From NCBI RefSeq assembly GCF_006345805.1, contig NC_042997.1, positions 53,382,001-53,446,000 of the forward strand: a DNA stretch of 64,000 nucleotides, written 5' to 3'. The notes beneath the pieces were generated by a model that searched no databases, was not told where the DNA came from, and saw only the letters and a list, made by a program, of their open reading frames with translations. Source of the stretch: Octopus sinensis (Eukaryota). Shown here piece by piece: positions 35,090 through 47,902 of this stretch (its first letter is position 1; each line of letters begins with the position of its first letter). Position numbers and translations under genes: made by a program.

Positions 35090-37865
35090 TATGCGACAAC
35101 AACAGAAATAAAATGCAACCACATTTCACCTCCTACAACCAAACAATGAAGACGGAACTATGGAAAAACCATAACACTAAATAACATGAACATAAACTAT
35201 GTATCATCTGATAAAGTGGGAAAACCTAAGTGGCAACTCTGTTTTACTAAGGTATCTAGAAAATATGAAGGCCGACCTAAGCCAGGTGATCCAACGAGCT
35301 ATCACCCACCACCAACTAGAAAAATCACACACACACAGATTCATACAAAAACCACCCTTACTGCTATCTCTGAACAACATAAAATATAACACTGAGCTCT
35401 TAGAACAATGCAAATATCAAACTACCCTTACCTCGTTATACCTGTTAAATGTACGTGGCATCAACCCATCACTCATTGCCCAAAAATAGAAGATCCCATA
35501 CTTAGAGAGTTGGCTTGCCGAAACGGCACATTGCTTCCCCTCCTTTATCCTTACTGAAACTCACCTAAACAGCACACATATGGTTGCTGAGGTGAAAATA
35601 AAAGATTTCACCATTATCTGTGCAGATTGCACAGACTGAAATCTTTCTTCATGACTCCTTTTCAGTTGATGCCAAAGACATTTCCCAAAGGCTATTGTGA
35701 ATCTATATCACTATTCAACAAGGCCAAAGACATAATCATTGTTGGTCTTTACAGGCCTCCCCAAGCACCTCTAAAGTGCTTTGAAGAGTGCCTCAATATC
35801 AAGTCCGTCTTTCAAAAATACAACTCCAGAAACATCCTAATGGTGGGGGATTTTAACCTCCCTCATATAAACTGGCCCACAAATACTCTGAAGTTAGGCA
35901 ATTGCTCTACATCAGACAAAGCAGCAGCAGAATTACTCTTTAATCTAATGGATAAAGTTTTCCTGACTCAGCTAGTACTTGAACTAACAAGACAGAATAC
36001 AATGATCTTGGATCTAATATTAACCAACCACTCTAGCTCTGTTCACAGTATTTCAGTTCAAAAAACTCTCCTCTCAGACCACGACATGATACTCTGCAAA
36101 TTTAATTTCTGGCATATCAAAACCAAACCAGCCAATCTCACTCCACTGCACTTATTTGACAGCATAAACTTCTACAAAGTAGATTGGGGAGCAATCAGGA
36201 AGGATCTGCCCTTCATCGACTGGTCCTTCAATCTCAGTTCCACTCACATTGAGACTGCATGGCAGCACTTTGAGATCATTGTCACCTGTGCATGCTTGAA
36301 ACATGCTCCTATGAAATTCACTAACACAAACAGAAACCGGCTCCCTAGAAAGAAAGAAACACTCATCAGGCGCATCAAAAGATTCAATAAAAAAATCAAC
36401 CAGTTAAAATACTCCCGCATACAACATCCACATTCAACAACAATGAAAAGGCTGGAGTTAGAAAAACTTCATCTGTAGACCGACATGAAAACCTCCATTG
36501 AAAATCAAAGAGCTGCAGAGGAACAGTGGGTAATCAAAAATATCAAACAACTCAAAAATGTTATATTCTTATGCAAATAAGCATAGATCCACTGTCTCAC
36601 CCATTGGGCCATTGATTGATGATAAAGGTATTTCCCAACACGATGCTAAAGAAATGGCAGAAATACTGCAGAAACAATACTGCTCTGTCTTTAGTGATCC
36701 CACTGATACTGACGTAAGTGAAGCAAACAAAGTTGATTCCCAACACAAACCGTGGACATAACCTTCACTGCCTCAGACATCATAGCAGCAATAACTGAGG
36801 TCAAATACTATTCTGCTGTAGGCCCTGATAGATTCCCTGCAAGTCTTCTGAAGGAATGTAGACACCAACTTGCAGTCCCTCTGACCAACCTCTGGAGAAA
36901 TTCAGGTTATATACCGAAACAGCTTCTATCCCAGTCTGTCATCCCAGTCTGTCATCCCGGTTTTCAAACAGGGAAACAGATCCCTCGCAGTCAACTATCG
37001 CCCAATCTCACTCACCTCCCACATCATTAAAGTGTTTGAAAGAGTGGTAAGATCCAGGATAGCTGGCTTCCTGGAGATTCACAAACTCCTAAATGCAAAT
37101 CGGCATGACTTTCACAGGGACTGTCTGACACAGCTCTTACACCACATTAAGGATATACTTAAAACCTTGGGAACAGGTTCGAACTCTGATGTCATATATC
37201 TTGACTTCAGTAAAGCATTCGACAGGGTTGACCATATCTTACTCTCAGAATTAGCAAATGTTGGAATCCGTGGAAAACTTCTACACTGGATTGAGTATTT
37301 CCTGGCAAATAGAACATAACATGTTGTTGATGGAGTTCACTCAAACCCAGCGGTGTCCCTCAGGGGACTGTCTTGGGCCTGCTCTTCTTCATAATCTATA
37401 TAAATGACCTTTCCATCATTGTAAAACACTGCAAAGTGAAAATATTTGCTGATGACACTAAGCTTCAGAAAATCACCAATGAAGAAGAAGACTGAACTCA
37501 ACTCCAGTCTGATCTATATGCTGTGAGTCAATGGGCAGACAAAAACAAAATGCAACTAAATGAAGGAAAATTTGTATTGATGCATTTTGGAAGAACGACT
37601 ACACTAAAACAGCCATACTGTCTTCCTTCAGGGAAACCACTCATAGCATCTAATAATATCAGAGACCTAGCAGTAATTGTTGATAACAATCTCAGTTGGA
37701 GTGTCCATATCAACAATAAGGTTGATATACCTCGTTGGATGAGCTCCTGGATCTTAAGAACCTTCCGGTCCAGAGAACAAGGTATCATTATTCCACTTTT
37801 CTCCTCCTTTGTATGGCCACACCTCGAGTACTGCTTCCCCCTGTGGTCTCCCCATACAAACAAAA
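35090..37865 (+). mobile_element. CR1-clade LINE with disrupted ORF2 (APE endonuclease plus RT)
   Basis: LLNVRG, LTETHL, VGLYRPP, GDFNLPHINW, LDLILTN, GPDRFP, YLDFSKAFDRVDH and IFADDTKL motifs with stops and frameshifts; cut off by (TG)n. Confidence 0.93.
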
Positions 37866-38125
37866 TACGTGTGGGTATGTGTGTATGCATGGGATTGTGT
37901 CTGAAGTAAATGTATGTTATTCTGTGTACGTGTGCTTGTATGTGCCTGTGTTTGTCCATGTCTGTATAATTGTGTGCATGTATGTATGAGTGTGTGTTGT
38001 GTGTGTGTGGGAGGTATGTGTGAGTGTGTGTATGTATATGTGTGTATATGTGTGTATATGTGTGTGTGCATGTGTATATGTTTGTGTGCATGTGTGTGTA
38101 TGTGCATGTGTGCATGTGTATATGA
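37866..38125. repeat. Degenerate (TG)n tract between the CR1 and Penelope-like fragments
   Basis: Direct sequence inspection. Confidence 0.9.
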
Positions 38126-39670
38126 AGTGTGATGAAGGGGCAGGTGTGGCAGTGGGATCTGGAGCATGGGAAGGATCCAGGTAGGGCTGGGGAGGAAGAG
38201 GGGAAGGTGCTATGGACAAGAAGGTCGTGTAGGTTCCGGGCGCATTTAAAGGAGGACAAGTGTTGGTTGGGGAAAATGGGGCAGGTGGTGGGATTGAGCT
38301 GGAGATGATGGAAGGCCTGTAGGATCCTCTGACGAACAGGTAGGGTGGAGGGGTGGGAAAGGGGGTTGGCTTGGGTAAGGAGAGGGTGGTAGTGCGATCG
38401 ATTTGACGAGCGTGGGCAAGGGTTGAGGGATATCCTCGATGAATGAACAGGTGGGCAAGGTATTGGGACTGTCTAAAAATCCTGGTTCCAGCTGCACAAG
38501 TGTCGGAGGTGGAGGAACTGGGTGTAGGGGATGGCCTGTTTGATGTGGAAGGGATGGGAGGAGGAGAAGTTGAGGTAGAGGTGGGTTTGAAGAAGGCACA
38601 TATGGTGAGAGAGTGGGAGGGGGTGGTCAGTGGTAAGAGAGATATCTAGGAAGTTAACCAGGGTGTTAGAGATAGTAGGAGTGAATTGGAGAGAAGGGTG
38701 GAAGTGATGAAGTGGCAGAGTTGTTCATGGGAGAGGGAGGTGACACCTATACAGTCGTCTATGTAGCGACTGTATAGCTCTGGGGTCGGTCCTGAGAATT
38801 GGGAGAATGCTTGGGCCTCAATGTGACCAACAAATAGGTTGGCAAAATTGGGGCCCATTTTCGTTCCCATCGTGACCCCAGACACCTATTGGTAGGTTTC
38901 CTCGGCAAACATAAAACAGTTGAGGGTGAGGATGAGCTCTGCCAGACGAAGAAGGGTAGTGGTGCTGGGTGTGGTGTCAGGGCAACAGTCAAGGATGTAT
39001 TGGAGGGCTAAGAGACTATCATTGTGGGGAACCACTGTGTATAGGGATTTGATGTCCAAGGTGAAGAGGAGGTGTGAGGTGTCAGGAGGGAAGGAAAAGG
39101 AATTGAATGGGGGAAAAGCGTGATTAGTGTCATGTATGTGGGATGGAAAGTCAGCAACTAAAGGGGACAGGATATGGTCAAGGTATTTGGAAATGAGTTT
39201 GGTGGGGCAGTTACAGGCAGAAACAATAGGGTGGCCAGGGTTGTTGGATTTATGTATTTTGGGAAGGAAATAGATGATGGAAGTACAGGGTGTTCGGACG
39301 ATGAGGTTGGTGGCGGTGGGAGGGAGAGAGAGCAGAAGAGGAGATGAGGTCATGGATGGTGGAGGACGCTCACTGCTAGTAGGAGGAGGTGGGGTTGGAG
39401 GGAGGAGGCAATAGAAGAGGGGATTTTGAAGTTGGCTGAGTGCTTCCTCTCTGTATAGGTCTGCATGCCACACCACCACTGCTCCACCTTTGTCTGCCGG
39501 TTTGATGACGATGTCGTTGCAGCAACAAAGGTCACGAAGGACAATTGATTCAGCACGGGTGAGGTTGGCTAGAAGGGATCTTTTTTTGAAATTGAATTGG
39601 TTGACCAACGCATTGCAGTCGTGCACGAACAAGTCAAGGCTACTGAATTGGCCTGGAGGTGGCGTCCAGT
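38126..39670 (-). mobile_element. Penelope-like element reverse transcriptase pseudogene
   Basis: WTPP...LDLF, IVIKPADKGGAVVV, IYFLPKIHK, LFTLDIKSLYT, GVTMGTKMGPNFANLF, RYIDDC, then ARNLHDLLVHS and PCSRSHCHTCPFI. Confidence 0.93.
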
Positions 39671-40322
39671 TGGATGTGCAGTGTTAGTGTGCATTTTTGA
39701 CAGAGTGTAAGCACCTTGAGAGCAAAGTTAGGTATAAAAGGAATCAGATGTATGTGCAAGAGAGATGGCTGCACTGGTATGGTCATGTGAAGTGTATGGA
39801 CGAGGACAGTTGTGTAAAGAAGTGCTGATCTCTAACTGTGGAGAGAACTTGTGGTAGAGGTAGACCTAGGAAGACAAGGGATGAGGTGGTGAAGCATGAC
39901 CTTCGAACTTTGAACCTCACAGAAGCAATGACTTGTGACCGAGACCTTTGGCGATGAGCTCTGCTTAAGAGGACCCATCAAGCCAAGTGCACCTGTGCTG
40001 GTGGCATGTAAGAAAAAATCAACCTTTGAACATTGGGTTTCACAGAGGCAAAGTGGCTGAGTACCTTTTGAGCATTGGGCCTGACAAAAGTGAAGTGATT
40101 GAGCTCCTTTTGAGCATTGGGCCTCATGGAAGCAAAGTGGCTGAGTACCTTTTGAGTGTTGGGCTTCACAGAGGAAATGATCAAGACTTTTGACATTATG
40201 TCATGCTTGACAAGAAGACCCATCAAGCTGAGCAAAATCGTAGTTGTAGCAGATACCGGTGTCATGGAAATGGCACCTGTGCCAGTGGGATGTAAAAGCA
40301 CACATTACACTCTTGGAGTTGT
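39665..40322 (+). mobile_element. RTE-clade LINE 3' fragment with a 41-bp 3' UTR array
   Basis: WMCSVSVH, LHWYGHV and GRGRPRKT motifs; gagcattgggcctca...aagtggctgagtacctttt units at 40027-40175. Confidence 0.85.
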
Positions 40323-40350
40323 TTTATTATCGGAGTTCGTTTTATTATCC

Positions 40351-40424
<74 letters not shown>

Positions 40425-40429
<5 letters not shown>

Positions 40430-40935
40430 CATCATCATCATTATCACCATCGTTTAACATCCATTTTCCAAGCTGGCATGAGTTGGATGGCTTGACTGAG
40501 GTCTGGAAAGCCAGCAGCTGCACCAGGCTCCAATCTAGTCTGGCAGAGTTTCTACAGCTGGATGCCCTTCCTAATGCCAACCACTCCAAGAGTGTAGTGG
40601 GTGTTTTTTACATGCCACTGGCACAGGAGCTAATCAGGTAGGCCTGGCATCCATCACATTTAGATAGTGCTTTTTATGTGCCACCAGTACGGGAGCCAGT
40701 CAGGTGGCCCTGGCATCAATCATGCTTGGATAGAGCTTTTACATGCCACTGGTATGGGAATCAGTCAAGGGGTACTGGCATCAACCATGCTCAGAGGGTG
40801 CATTTTACGTGCCACCAGCACAGGAGCCAGTTAGGTAGACCTGGTATCGACCATGTTTGGATGCTGCTTTCCACATACCACTGGCACGGGAGCCAGTCAG
40901 GGGGCACTGGCATTGACCACATTTTGATGATGCGT
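40425..40935 (-). mobile_element. RTE 3' tail copy with ~60-bp UTR repeats
   Basis: (atc)n start, agtctggcagagtttctacagctggatgcccttcc, then repeated atgccactggcacaggagcc. Confidence 0.85.
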
Positions 40936-40952
40936 ACATATATATACTATGT

Positions 40953-41280
40953 GAAGGCGCATGTCTCAGTGGTTAGGGTAGTTGGCTCACGATTGTAAGG
41001 TCATGAGTTCAATTCCTGGCAATGTGTTATGTCCTTGAGCAAGACACTTTATTTCACATTGCTCCAGTTCACTCAGCTGGCAGAAATGAGTAGTACCTGT
41101 ATTTCAAAGGGCCAGCCTTGTTACATTCTGTGTCATGCTAAATCTTCCTGAGAACTATGTTAAGAGTACAAGTTTCTGTGGAGTGCTCAACCACTTGCCC
41201 ATTAATGCCACATTGCAAGCTGTTTCATTGATTGTATCAGCTGAGACTCTCATTGTCATAACTGACAGAGTGCTCCTATA
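40953..41280 (+). mobile_element. tRNA-headed SINE: CORE-like domain plus the family C 3' module
   Basis: Head and core as at 25149; tail tacctgtatttcaaagggcc...gtggagtgctc as at 34632-34830. Confidence 0.8.
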
Positions 41281-41483
41281 CATACATATAGATATGTGTA
41301 TGTATTTAAAAAAAATCAATCTGCTTAAATACTGTCACAAGGGCAATAATAATACTGGGATTAAAAAAGCCTCATCTACTGAATCATGTGAGGGCTTTTG
41401 TTAATAAGCAAGGGTTATTGAGTAAGACCGTACCTTTACAAAAAAATTTGAAGCAATTTCAGTGTTCTGTTCATTTGAAAAAG

Positions 41484-41690
41484 ATATGTTTGTGTGTCTG
41501 TGTTTGTCCCCGCAACATCGCGTGACAACCGATGCTGCTGTGTTTACGTCCCTGTAACTTAGTGGTTCGGCAAAAGGGACCAATAGAATAAGTACTAGGC
41601 TTACAAAGAATAAGTCTTGGGGTTGATTTGCTCGACTAAAGGCAGTGCTCCAGCATGGTCACAGTCACATGACTGAAACAACTAAAAGAG
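41484..41690 (+). mobile_element. SINE family B, 3' half
   Basis: tgtgtctgtgtttgtccc...gactgaaacaactaaaagag. Confidence 0.85.
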
Positions 41691-42127
41691 TATAGGGCCA
41701 CTGTTTTTTTTTTATCAGCCTATATCGATGAAAACAGCATACTCCTGAATAATATCAAAGAAATGCAGGAGATTCTGCAAAAGCAATACTACTCTGTTTT
41801 CAGAGCAGTATTGCTTCATAGACAGTGTTAATGGATAAATCTTCTGTATATCCTCCCTGATATAACCTTTAGCACAGTGGACATATATTAGCAATAAATA
41901 AAATGAAAACTTAATTTAGCAGCAGGTCCTGACAGGTTCTCTGCTAGTGTTATAGTAGGAATGCTAACATCAACTTGCATCTTTTCTTGTTAATCTCTTG
42001 AAGAAATTGTTTGGTACAGGTTTTATTCTTGAGCATTTTCTGCTCCAGTCTGTAATCCCAGTTTTTAAAATGTGTAGTAAGTTACTTGTAGTGAATTGCC
42101 ATACTGTCTCACTGACCTCTTATATTA

Positions 42128-42354
42128 TTAACCCTTTAGTGTTCAGATTATTCAATCAAACATAATGCCTATTGATTCCCATTGATTTGAATTAATCATG
42201 TATTATCTCATATCTTCAAGATCTTGATGGTGTAATTACTTAATGTAGAATAACATTGTAGGGTAGGTGTGAGGGCCTGGATCTGGTCAGTTTGAACATA
42301 AAACAGATTAAATATTTTGGCCGGATATGGCCGGTTTAAATACTAAAGGGTTAA
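42128..42354. mobile_element. piggyBac-type MITE
   Basis: TTAACCCTTTAG ... CTAAAGGGTTAA. Confidence 0.85.
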
Positions 42355-42819
42355 AGTAGTCTAAGGAGTGATGAGATAAAACAAAATAGCTCCCTACCCA
42401 AAGAGAAATTACTTTCTTCATCCTAACCAGATTGGTTTTTGTGGTGGTGGAAACAGCACAATGCAGAGACACCATTTTTAATCCATTTTAAATGTTCTGG
42501 CAAGAGCTCCAAATCAGTTGTTGTATATCTTGAAATCAGTATATCTTTTGACTGAGTCAACCACAATATTCTGCTGAAAAAGCTATCCAACATTGGAGTC
42601 TATGGAAAATTACTACTGTGGATCAGATGTTTACTGTCAAACAGGACCCATGTTGTGATCAGTGGACTTCACTTAAGACTTGCAAGTGTTATTAGTGGTG
42701 ACCCCGATAGAATATTGTGTCGGACCCAGTTTATTATTTTTTTATATTTAAATGACATTGCAAATGTTATCAAACTTGCTTGCTTCATGCTCTTGCTTGA
42801 TAGGGCTGGGATCATTCCA

Positions 42820-43460
42820 AGTAAGTGGTTCCAGAAGCATCATCATATGTAGAGCTGACCAGGTCTGCCAGTGTCCCCCATTGCTGGCAGTCTAATGTCA
42901 GCCCCTCTTCATTCTCTAAGGTAACGTTGAGCCTCTAGAGATTTCCCCTGATCATGTCCACCTATCTGGGGTGGGGCCTGCTACGAGGCCTCTTCCAGCC
43001 TGCAACTGCTGTGTTGGATGAGAGTAAAGCCCTGGTAGGATGATGTAGTGGGAGATAGAGAACATGTCTGTACCAATGCATGCAGTGGATAGCTGTGAGG
43101 TGGAAGGCTGTAGGCTGATTTGTGCACACTTTCGATTCTCTGTTGGAAACATGATGGTATCATCTGATGTTTTCAATGGTTCTCAGGGCTCTGCTACTGA
43201 AGCTGTCAATCCTCTTTACCAGGGTCTTCAAGAGGGGCCGTGTTTCTGCTCCATAGAGAGAATGGAGAGGACTGATGTGTTGTAGATGCAGAGTTTTGTG
43301 TTCTGGGAGATAGAGCAGTGGTGCTAGAGGGTCTTCTACAGGAAGTACATGACCCCAGCAGCCAGATCACATTTGTGGTGCTCTGGGTCACCTTTCCACC
43401 ATTGATGACTGTGGAGCCCAGTTAGATGAAGGAACTGAGGGCCTGGGCCATCTCTGAGAC
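42820..43460 (-). mobile_element. RTE-clade LINE 3' fragment of a second family
   Basis: Across frameshifts it reads like SFxxLGS, KLCIYNTSVLSILLYGAET, RIDSFSSRALRTI, GWKRPR. Confidence 0.7.
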
Positions 43461-44299
43461 TTAAGTATTACTTAAGTATTAGAGGCTTAAGTATTACTAT
43501 GGTCAACAACCTAAGCTGGGGTGAGTCAATATGGCCTGCATAATATGTTCCTGGAAAATACACTATCAGCATTGTCCAAATAATGCCAGTGGCAAGTTCA
43601 CAAGTCTCTCAAGGGCAGGCCCCTGTACCATATGCCTCCTAACAAAAATTTAGCTCATATCACATTATAATACTGCAACAATTTTATTACTTCAGCTGAT
43701 TCTGCTTTATTTAACATTATCCTGCAAGAAATCAAAGAAGAAAAAGCCCCGATAACATTCAAATGGTTTCTGGAAAAATACCTCTGAGAAATACCAAACA
43801 AGCCACTGTGCCACTGTATCACTGCTATCCTGTAGTCCTACCACTGCACTCTTTAGTCGCACTTCCTTTGCAATATCCTGCCACTTATATTATGGTGTTC
43901 GAACTTCAAGTGTATGCCCTGGCACTTGCTACCACCGATATCTCTCTCTTCCTTTACCATCCCATTTATATTCTGATCCCCAACTCTTGTGAGTATGCCC
44001 AGCATTTTGTCACCGTCTCTATCCTGCTGCCTCCCCACTCTCTCTCACCTTCTCCTGCACTTCCCTCGGGTTGGGTAGCCATGTATTTCCTTTGCGGTAG
44101 TGCACCTGTTTTTGTCTTCATTCCTGATCTCTCTCTTTCTCTTTCTCTCCGTCCGGGTAACCTTGTACTTCCTCTACAATAAGACACATGTTTCTTTCTC
44201 TCGGTTTCACTATAACCTTTCATCAGCCAGCACAGGATCACCTCTTCTAATGCCCCTTCCTCTCTTGAAAGTTTTTTTTACTTTTGTCTTGCAAGTACT

Positions 44300-44580
44300 T
44301 AGTGACCCTGTCAGTACAGATGCCACTTAAAAGTACCCAGTTCATGCTGTAAAGTGGTTGGTGTTCAGAAGGACATCTAGCTGTAAAAATCTTGCCAAAA
44401 TTGACCTTGCTTGTGCTTGTGCCACGTGAAAAGCATCAAGTCAACTGTGATGAGTGGTTGGTGTTTGGAAGGGCATCCAGATGTAAAAACCCTGCCAAAA
44501 CAGTTGCAGAAGTCTGGTGCAGGCTTCTGCCTGGCCAGCTCTTGTGAAACCATCCCACCCATGCTAGCATGGAAAGCGAT
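44300..44580 (+). mobile_element. RTE 3' tail copy
   Basis: gaagggcatccag.tgtaaaa appears twice; ends cccatgctagcatggaaagcg. Confidence 0.75.
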
Positions 44581-44611
44581 GCATATATGCAGATTGTATA
44601 TATATATATAT

Positions 44612-44740
44612 ATCATCATCATCGTTTAGCGTCCGTTTTCCATGCTAGCATGGGTTGGACGGTTCTACTGGGGTCTGTGAAGCCAGAAGGCTTCAACAGG
44701 CCCAGTCAAATCTGGCAGTGTTTCTATGGCTGGATGCCCA
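44612..44740 (-). mobile_element. RTE 3' tail copy, tail-to-tail with the previous one
   Basis: catcatcgtttagcgtccgttttccatgctagcatgggttggacgg. Confidence 0.85.
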
Positions 44741-44774
<34 letters not shown>

Positions 44775-44821
44775 TGAGTGTGTGTGTGTGTATAGATGTA
44801 TATGCATGTGTATATATATAT

Positions 44822-45073
44822 TTTTTACTTGTTTCAGTCATTTGACTGTGACCATACTGGAGCACCACGTTTTAGTTGAACAAATTAACTCTATCTATGA
44901 CTTATTTTTTATGCCTGGTACTTTACTCTATTGATCTCTTTTGCCAAACCACTAAGTTACAGGGACATAAACACACCAACACCAGTTCTGAAGCAGTGAT
45001 GAGTGACAAGACAAATGCAGACACAAAGACACACACACACACACACACATGTATATATAATATATATAATATA

Positions 45074-45113
<40 letters not shown>

Positions 45114-45260
45114 ACACACTTTTTTCAGTTTCTGTCTACCAAATCCACTCACTTTGGTCAGCTCGAGGCTATAATAGAAGACACTTGCCCAAGGTGCTAC
45201 GCAGTGAGACTGAACCCAAAACCATGTGGTTGGGAAGCAAGCTTCTTACTACATGGCCAC
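44822..45260 (-). mobile_element. SINE family B
   Basis: Reverse copy with an internal (CA)/(TA) tract. Confidence 0.85.
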
Positions 45261-45433
45261 GGGGATAATATGTGTGTGTGTATATCTACACAGCTATATC
45301 TATCTATATATATATATGCATACATACATTATATGTATGTGCATTAAACACAATGGCACCCATAAATGTGTGTGTGTGTGCATTTAGTATCTGCATGCAT
45401 AACCTTTTGTTTTTAGTTTAGTTTACTTCACAA

Positions 45434-45662
45434 CCTATTTCTTTATTACCCACAAGAGGCCAAACATAGAGGGGACAAACAAGGACAGACATAGGTATTA
45501 AGTCGATTACATCGACCCCAATGTGTAACTGGTACTTAATTTATCGACCCCAAAAGGATGAAAAGCAAAGTCGACCTCGGCGGAATTTGATCTCAGAACG
45601 TAGCTGCAGGCGAAATACGGCTACGCATTTCGCCCGGCGTGCTAACGTTTCTGCCAGCTCGC
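45434..45662 (-). mobile_element. Young SINE family A
   Basis: Near-identical reverse complement of 30987-31217; CpGs intact. Confidence 0.92.
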
Positions 45663-45778
45663 TTGTTCCAGGTTCAATCCCAGGTAGTGACAACTTGGGC
45701 AAGTATTTTCTTATTTAGCTGTGGGTTAACCAATGTGTTGTGAGTGAATTCAGGGGACAGACACTTTATGGAGGCACA

Positions 45779-45811
<33 letters not shown>

Positions 45812-47659
45812 CAGATGTTATGTGTATGTATGTTAAATATATGTCATGATTATTTCACAACAGCTAACCAACAGTTTTCGCTTGAGTTGTTACCCATTTG
45901 TCAGCCTGACTGTCTGTCTGTCACGCTTTCTTTCTTTCTTTCTTTCTATCTCTCTCTCTCCCCCTCTCATTGCCTGACTGTTATTCTATAATATAAATTT
46001 ATCAAGTTAGTCATGGTGAATTTAACACATGCTTCTGTTTATTGCATGTGTATTTGGGCATTTTGTGAAACATCACATTGTATGTACATATTAAAACTGA
46101 ATTGCTACAATGCAAGGACTATGCCTTTCTTTATAACATTCAAGTAGTTTACCTAACCTTTTATATTATCTAATACATACATACTCTTGTTGTAATAGTG
46201 CTAGCAATGCAATACAATTTATGCACAATCATTTTTTTCAAAATTGCTTTTGTTTTGTTCTTGTTATACTTTTCTTTTAATGTGTTTGTAATCTTAAAAA
46301 AAATGTGTTAAATTTTATTGGCAGGAGGTGTGTGAATCTGGTTATTTAAAAATATTCTTTGTGACAAGGCTGTCATATTTTTTTGTAGAAAAATATTTAT
46401 GAGCATATTACATACCTCCAAGCAAAAATCTCATCACCCCTCCCTCTAAACAAAGCGATTGAAGGAGATTCTCTGTAATGGCACGACCTGCTAGAAATAG
46501 CAGTTAAACCTCTCCTTGTCCTATCTCACAAAAAAACCAAAAAAAAAAAAACCAGAAAGGAAAAGACACATTAGATAATGTAGCCCTAGATAACCTAAAA
46601 ATATGTGATAGTCATGGATGGAACATCTTTTTCTTCATAGGTCTGTAAGACTACGATTGATCTGTGATTAAAGAAAGGGTACAAACAAATTAGGTTTTTG
46701 ATTATTGATTTACTATATAGCTTTGTGTTCTAATCTTATAACCTTATGGCGAAGGGGTTACGGCTCTGAGTACCTCATCTGTTACAAGGTCATGAACTTT
46801 CCTCTTCACCTCCCCACTACCACTTGTGTTGTATGAGTAAGCTCTTTCCATTTATATTTCCTTAATATATGAGGTGGAAGTGAGTGAAAGAGAGAGAAGG
46901 AAGGAGGGAGGGAGGAGAAAGAGAGGAAGGGAGAGAGAGTGTGTATGAGTTTTGTGCAAGATTATTCTAGGGGTTGTGGACGACAACAACAATAACAGAT
47001 AATAAACAGTTGCAGACTTGCACAAATCCTCCTCCTCCTCCTGATTTTATTCATTCATTTATATACGTGCAAGCTTGGCCATGGGGGTTTAAGAAGTGGA
47101 TATAAGGTTTGATCCTACTCTGATGTGCCTTGAGCATATGCTTTTTTATATATAATATATGCATGCGTGTATGTGTGTGTGTGCACATGAATACATACAT
47201 GTATGCGTGTATGTATGTCATTACTCAGTTTTATTTCAAGATTTCTTACCAGTAGAGAAAGAACCAGTTTCTAACCAAGATCCGATGTATGTATGTGTTT
47301 TTATCTTTTACTTGTTTCTGTCCTTAAATCACAGCCATACTGGGGCACCGCCTTGAAGAATTTTTAGCCGAATGTATTGATCCCAGTATTTATTTTTTTT
47401 TAAAGCTTGGTACTTATTCTATCAGTCTCTTTTGCCAAACCACTAAGTTTTGGGTATGTAAATACACCAGCACCAGTTGTCAAATGGTGGTGGGAGGCAC
47501 ATATACAAAGAGACACACACAAAAATGTATATATATAAACAGTAAATCAAATAGAGAGATTCAGTTGACAATCCAATGATTTATTATATTTTATATTATA
47601 TTATATTATAATGTTTTACACACCCTTTTGAAGGAATTCCTTTCCTTAGTTTGTTTCTT

Positions 47660-47902
47660 TATATCATCATCATCATCGTTTAACGTCCGTTTTCCGCGCT
47701 AGCACGGGTTGGACGGTTTTGACCGGGGTCTGGGGAGCTCGGGACTGCCCCAGGCTCCAGTCTAGTCTGGCAGTGTTTCTACAGCTGGATGCCCTTCCTA
47801 ACGCCAACCACTCCGCGAGTGTAGTGGGTGCTTTTTACGTGCCACCTGCACAGGTGCCAGAGGGGTCTGGCATCGGCCACGTTCGGATGGTGCTTTTTTT
47901 AT
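47660..47902 (-). mobile_element. Young RTE 3' tail copy
   Basis: (atc)n tail, CpG-intact; broken at the 157-bp array. Confidence 0.85.

Larger units (their letters stand above)
41715..43820 (+). mobile_element. Old CR1-clade copy fragmented by later insertions
   Basis: EILQKQYYSVF, AAGPDRF, VNHNILLKKL, LYLND and the C-terminal FKWFLEKYL-EIPNKP occur in collinear order. Confidence 0.65.
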
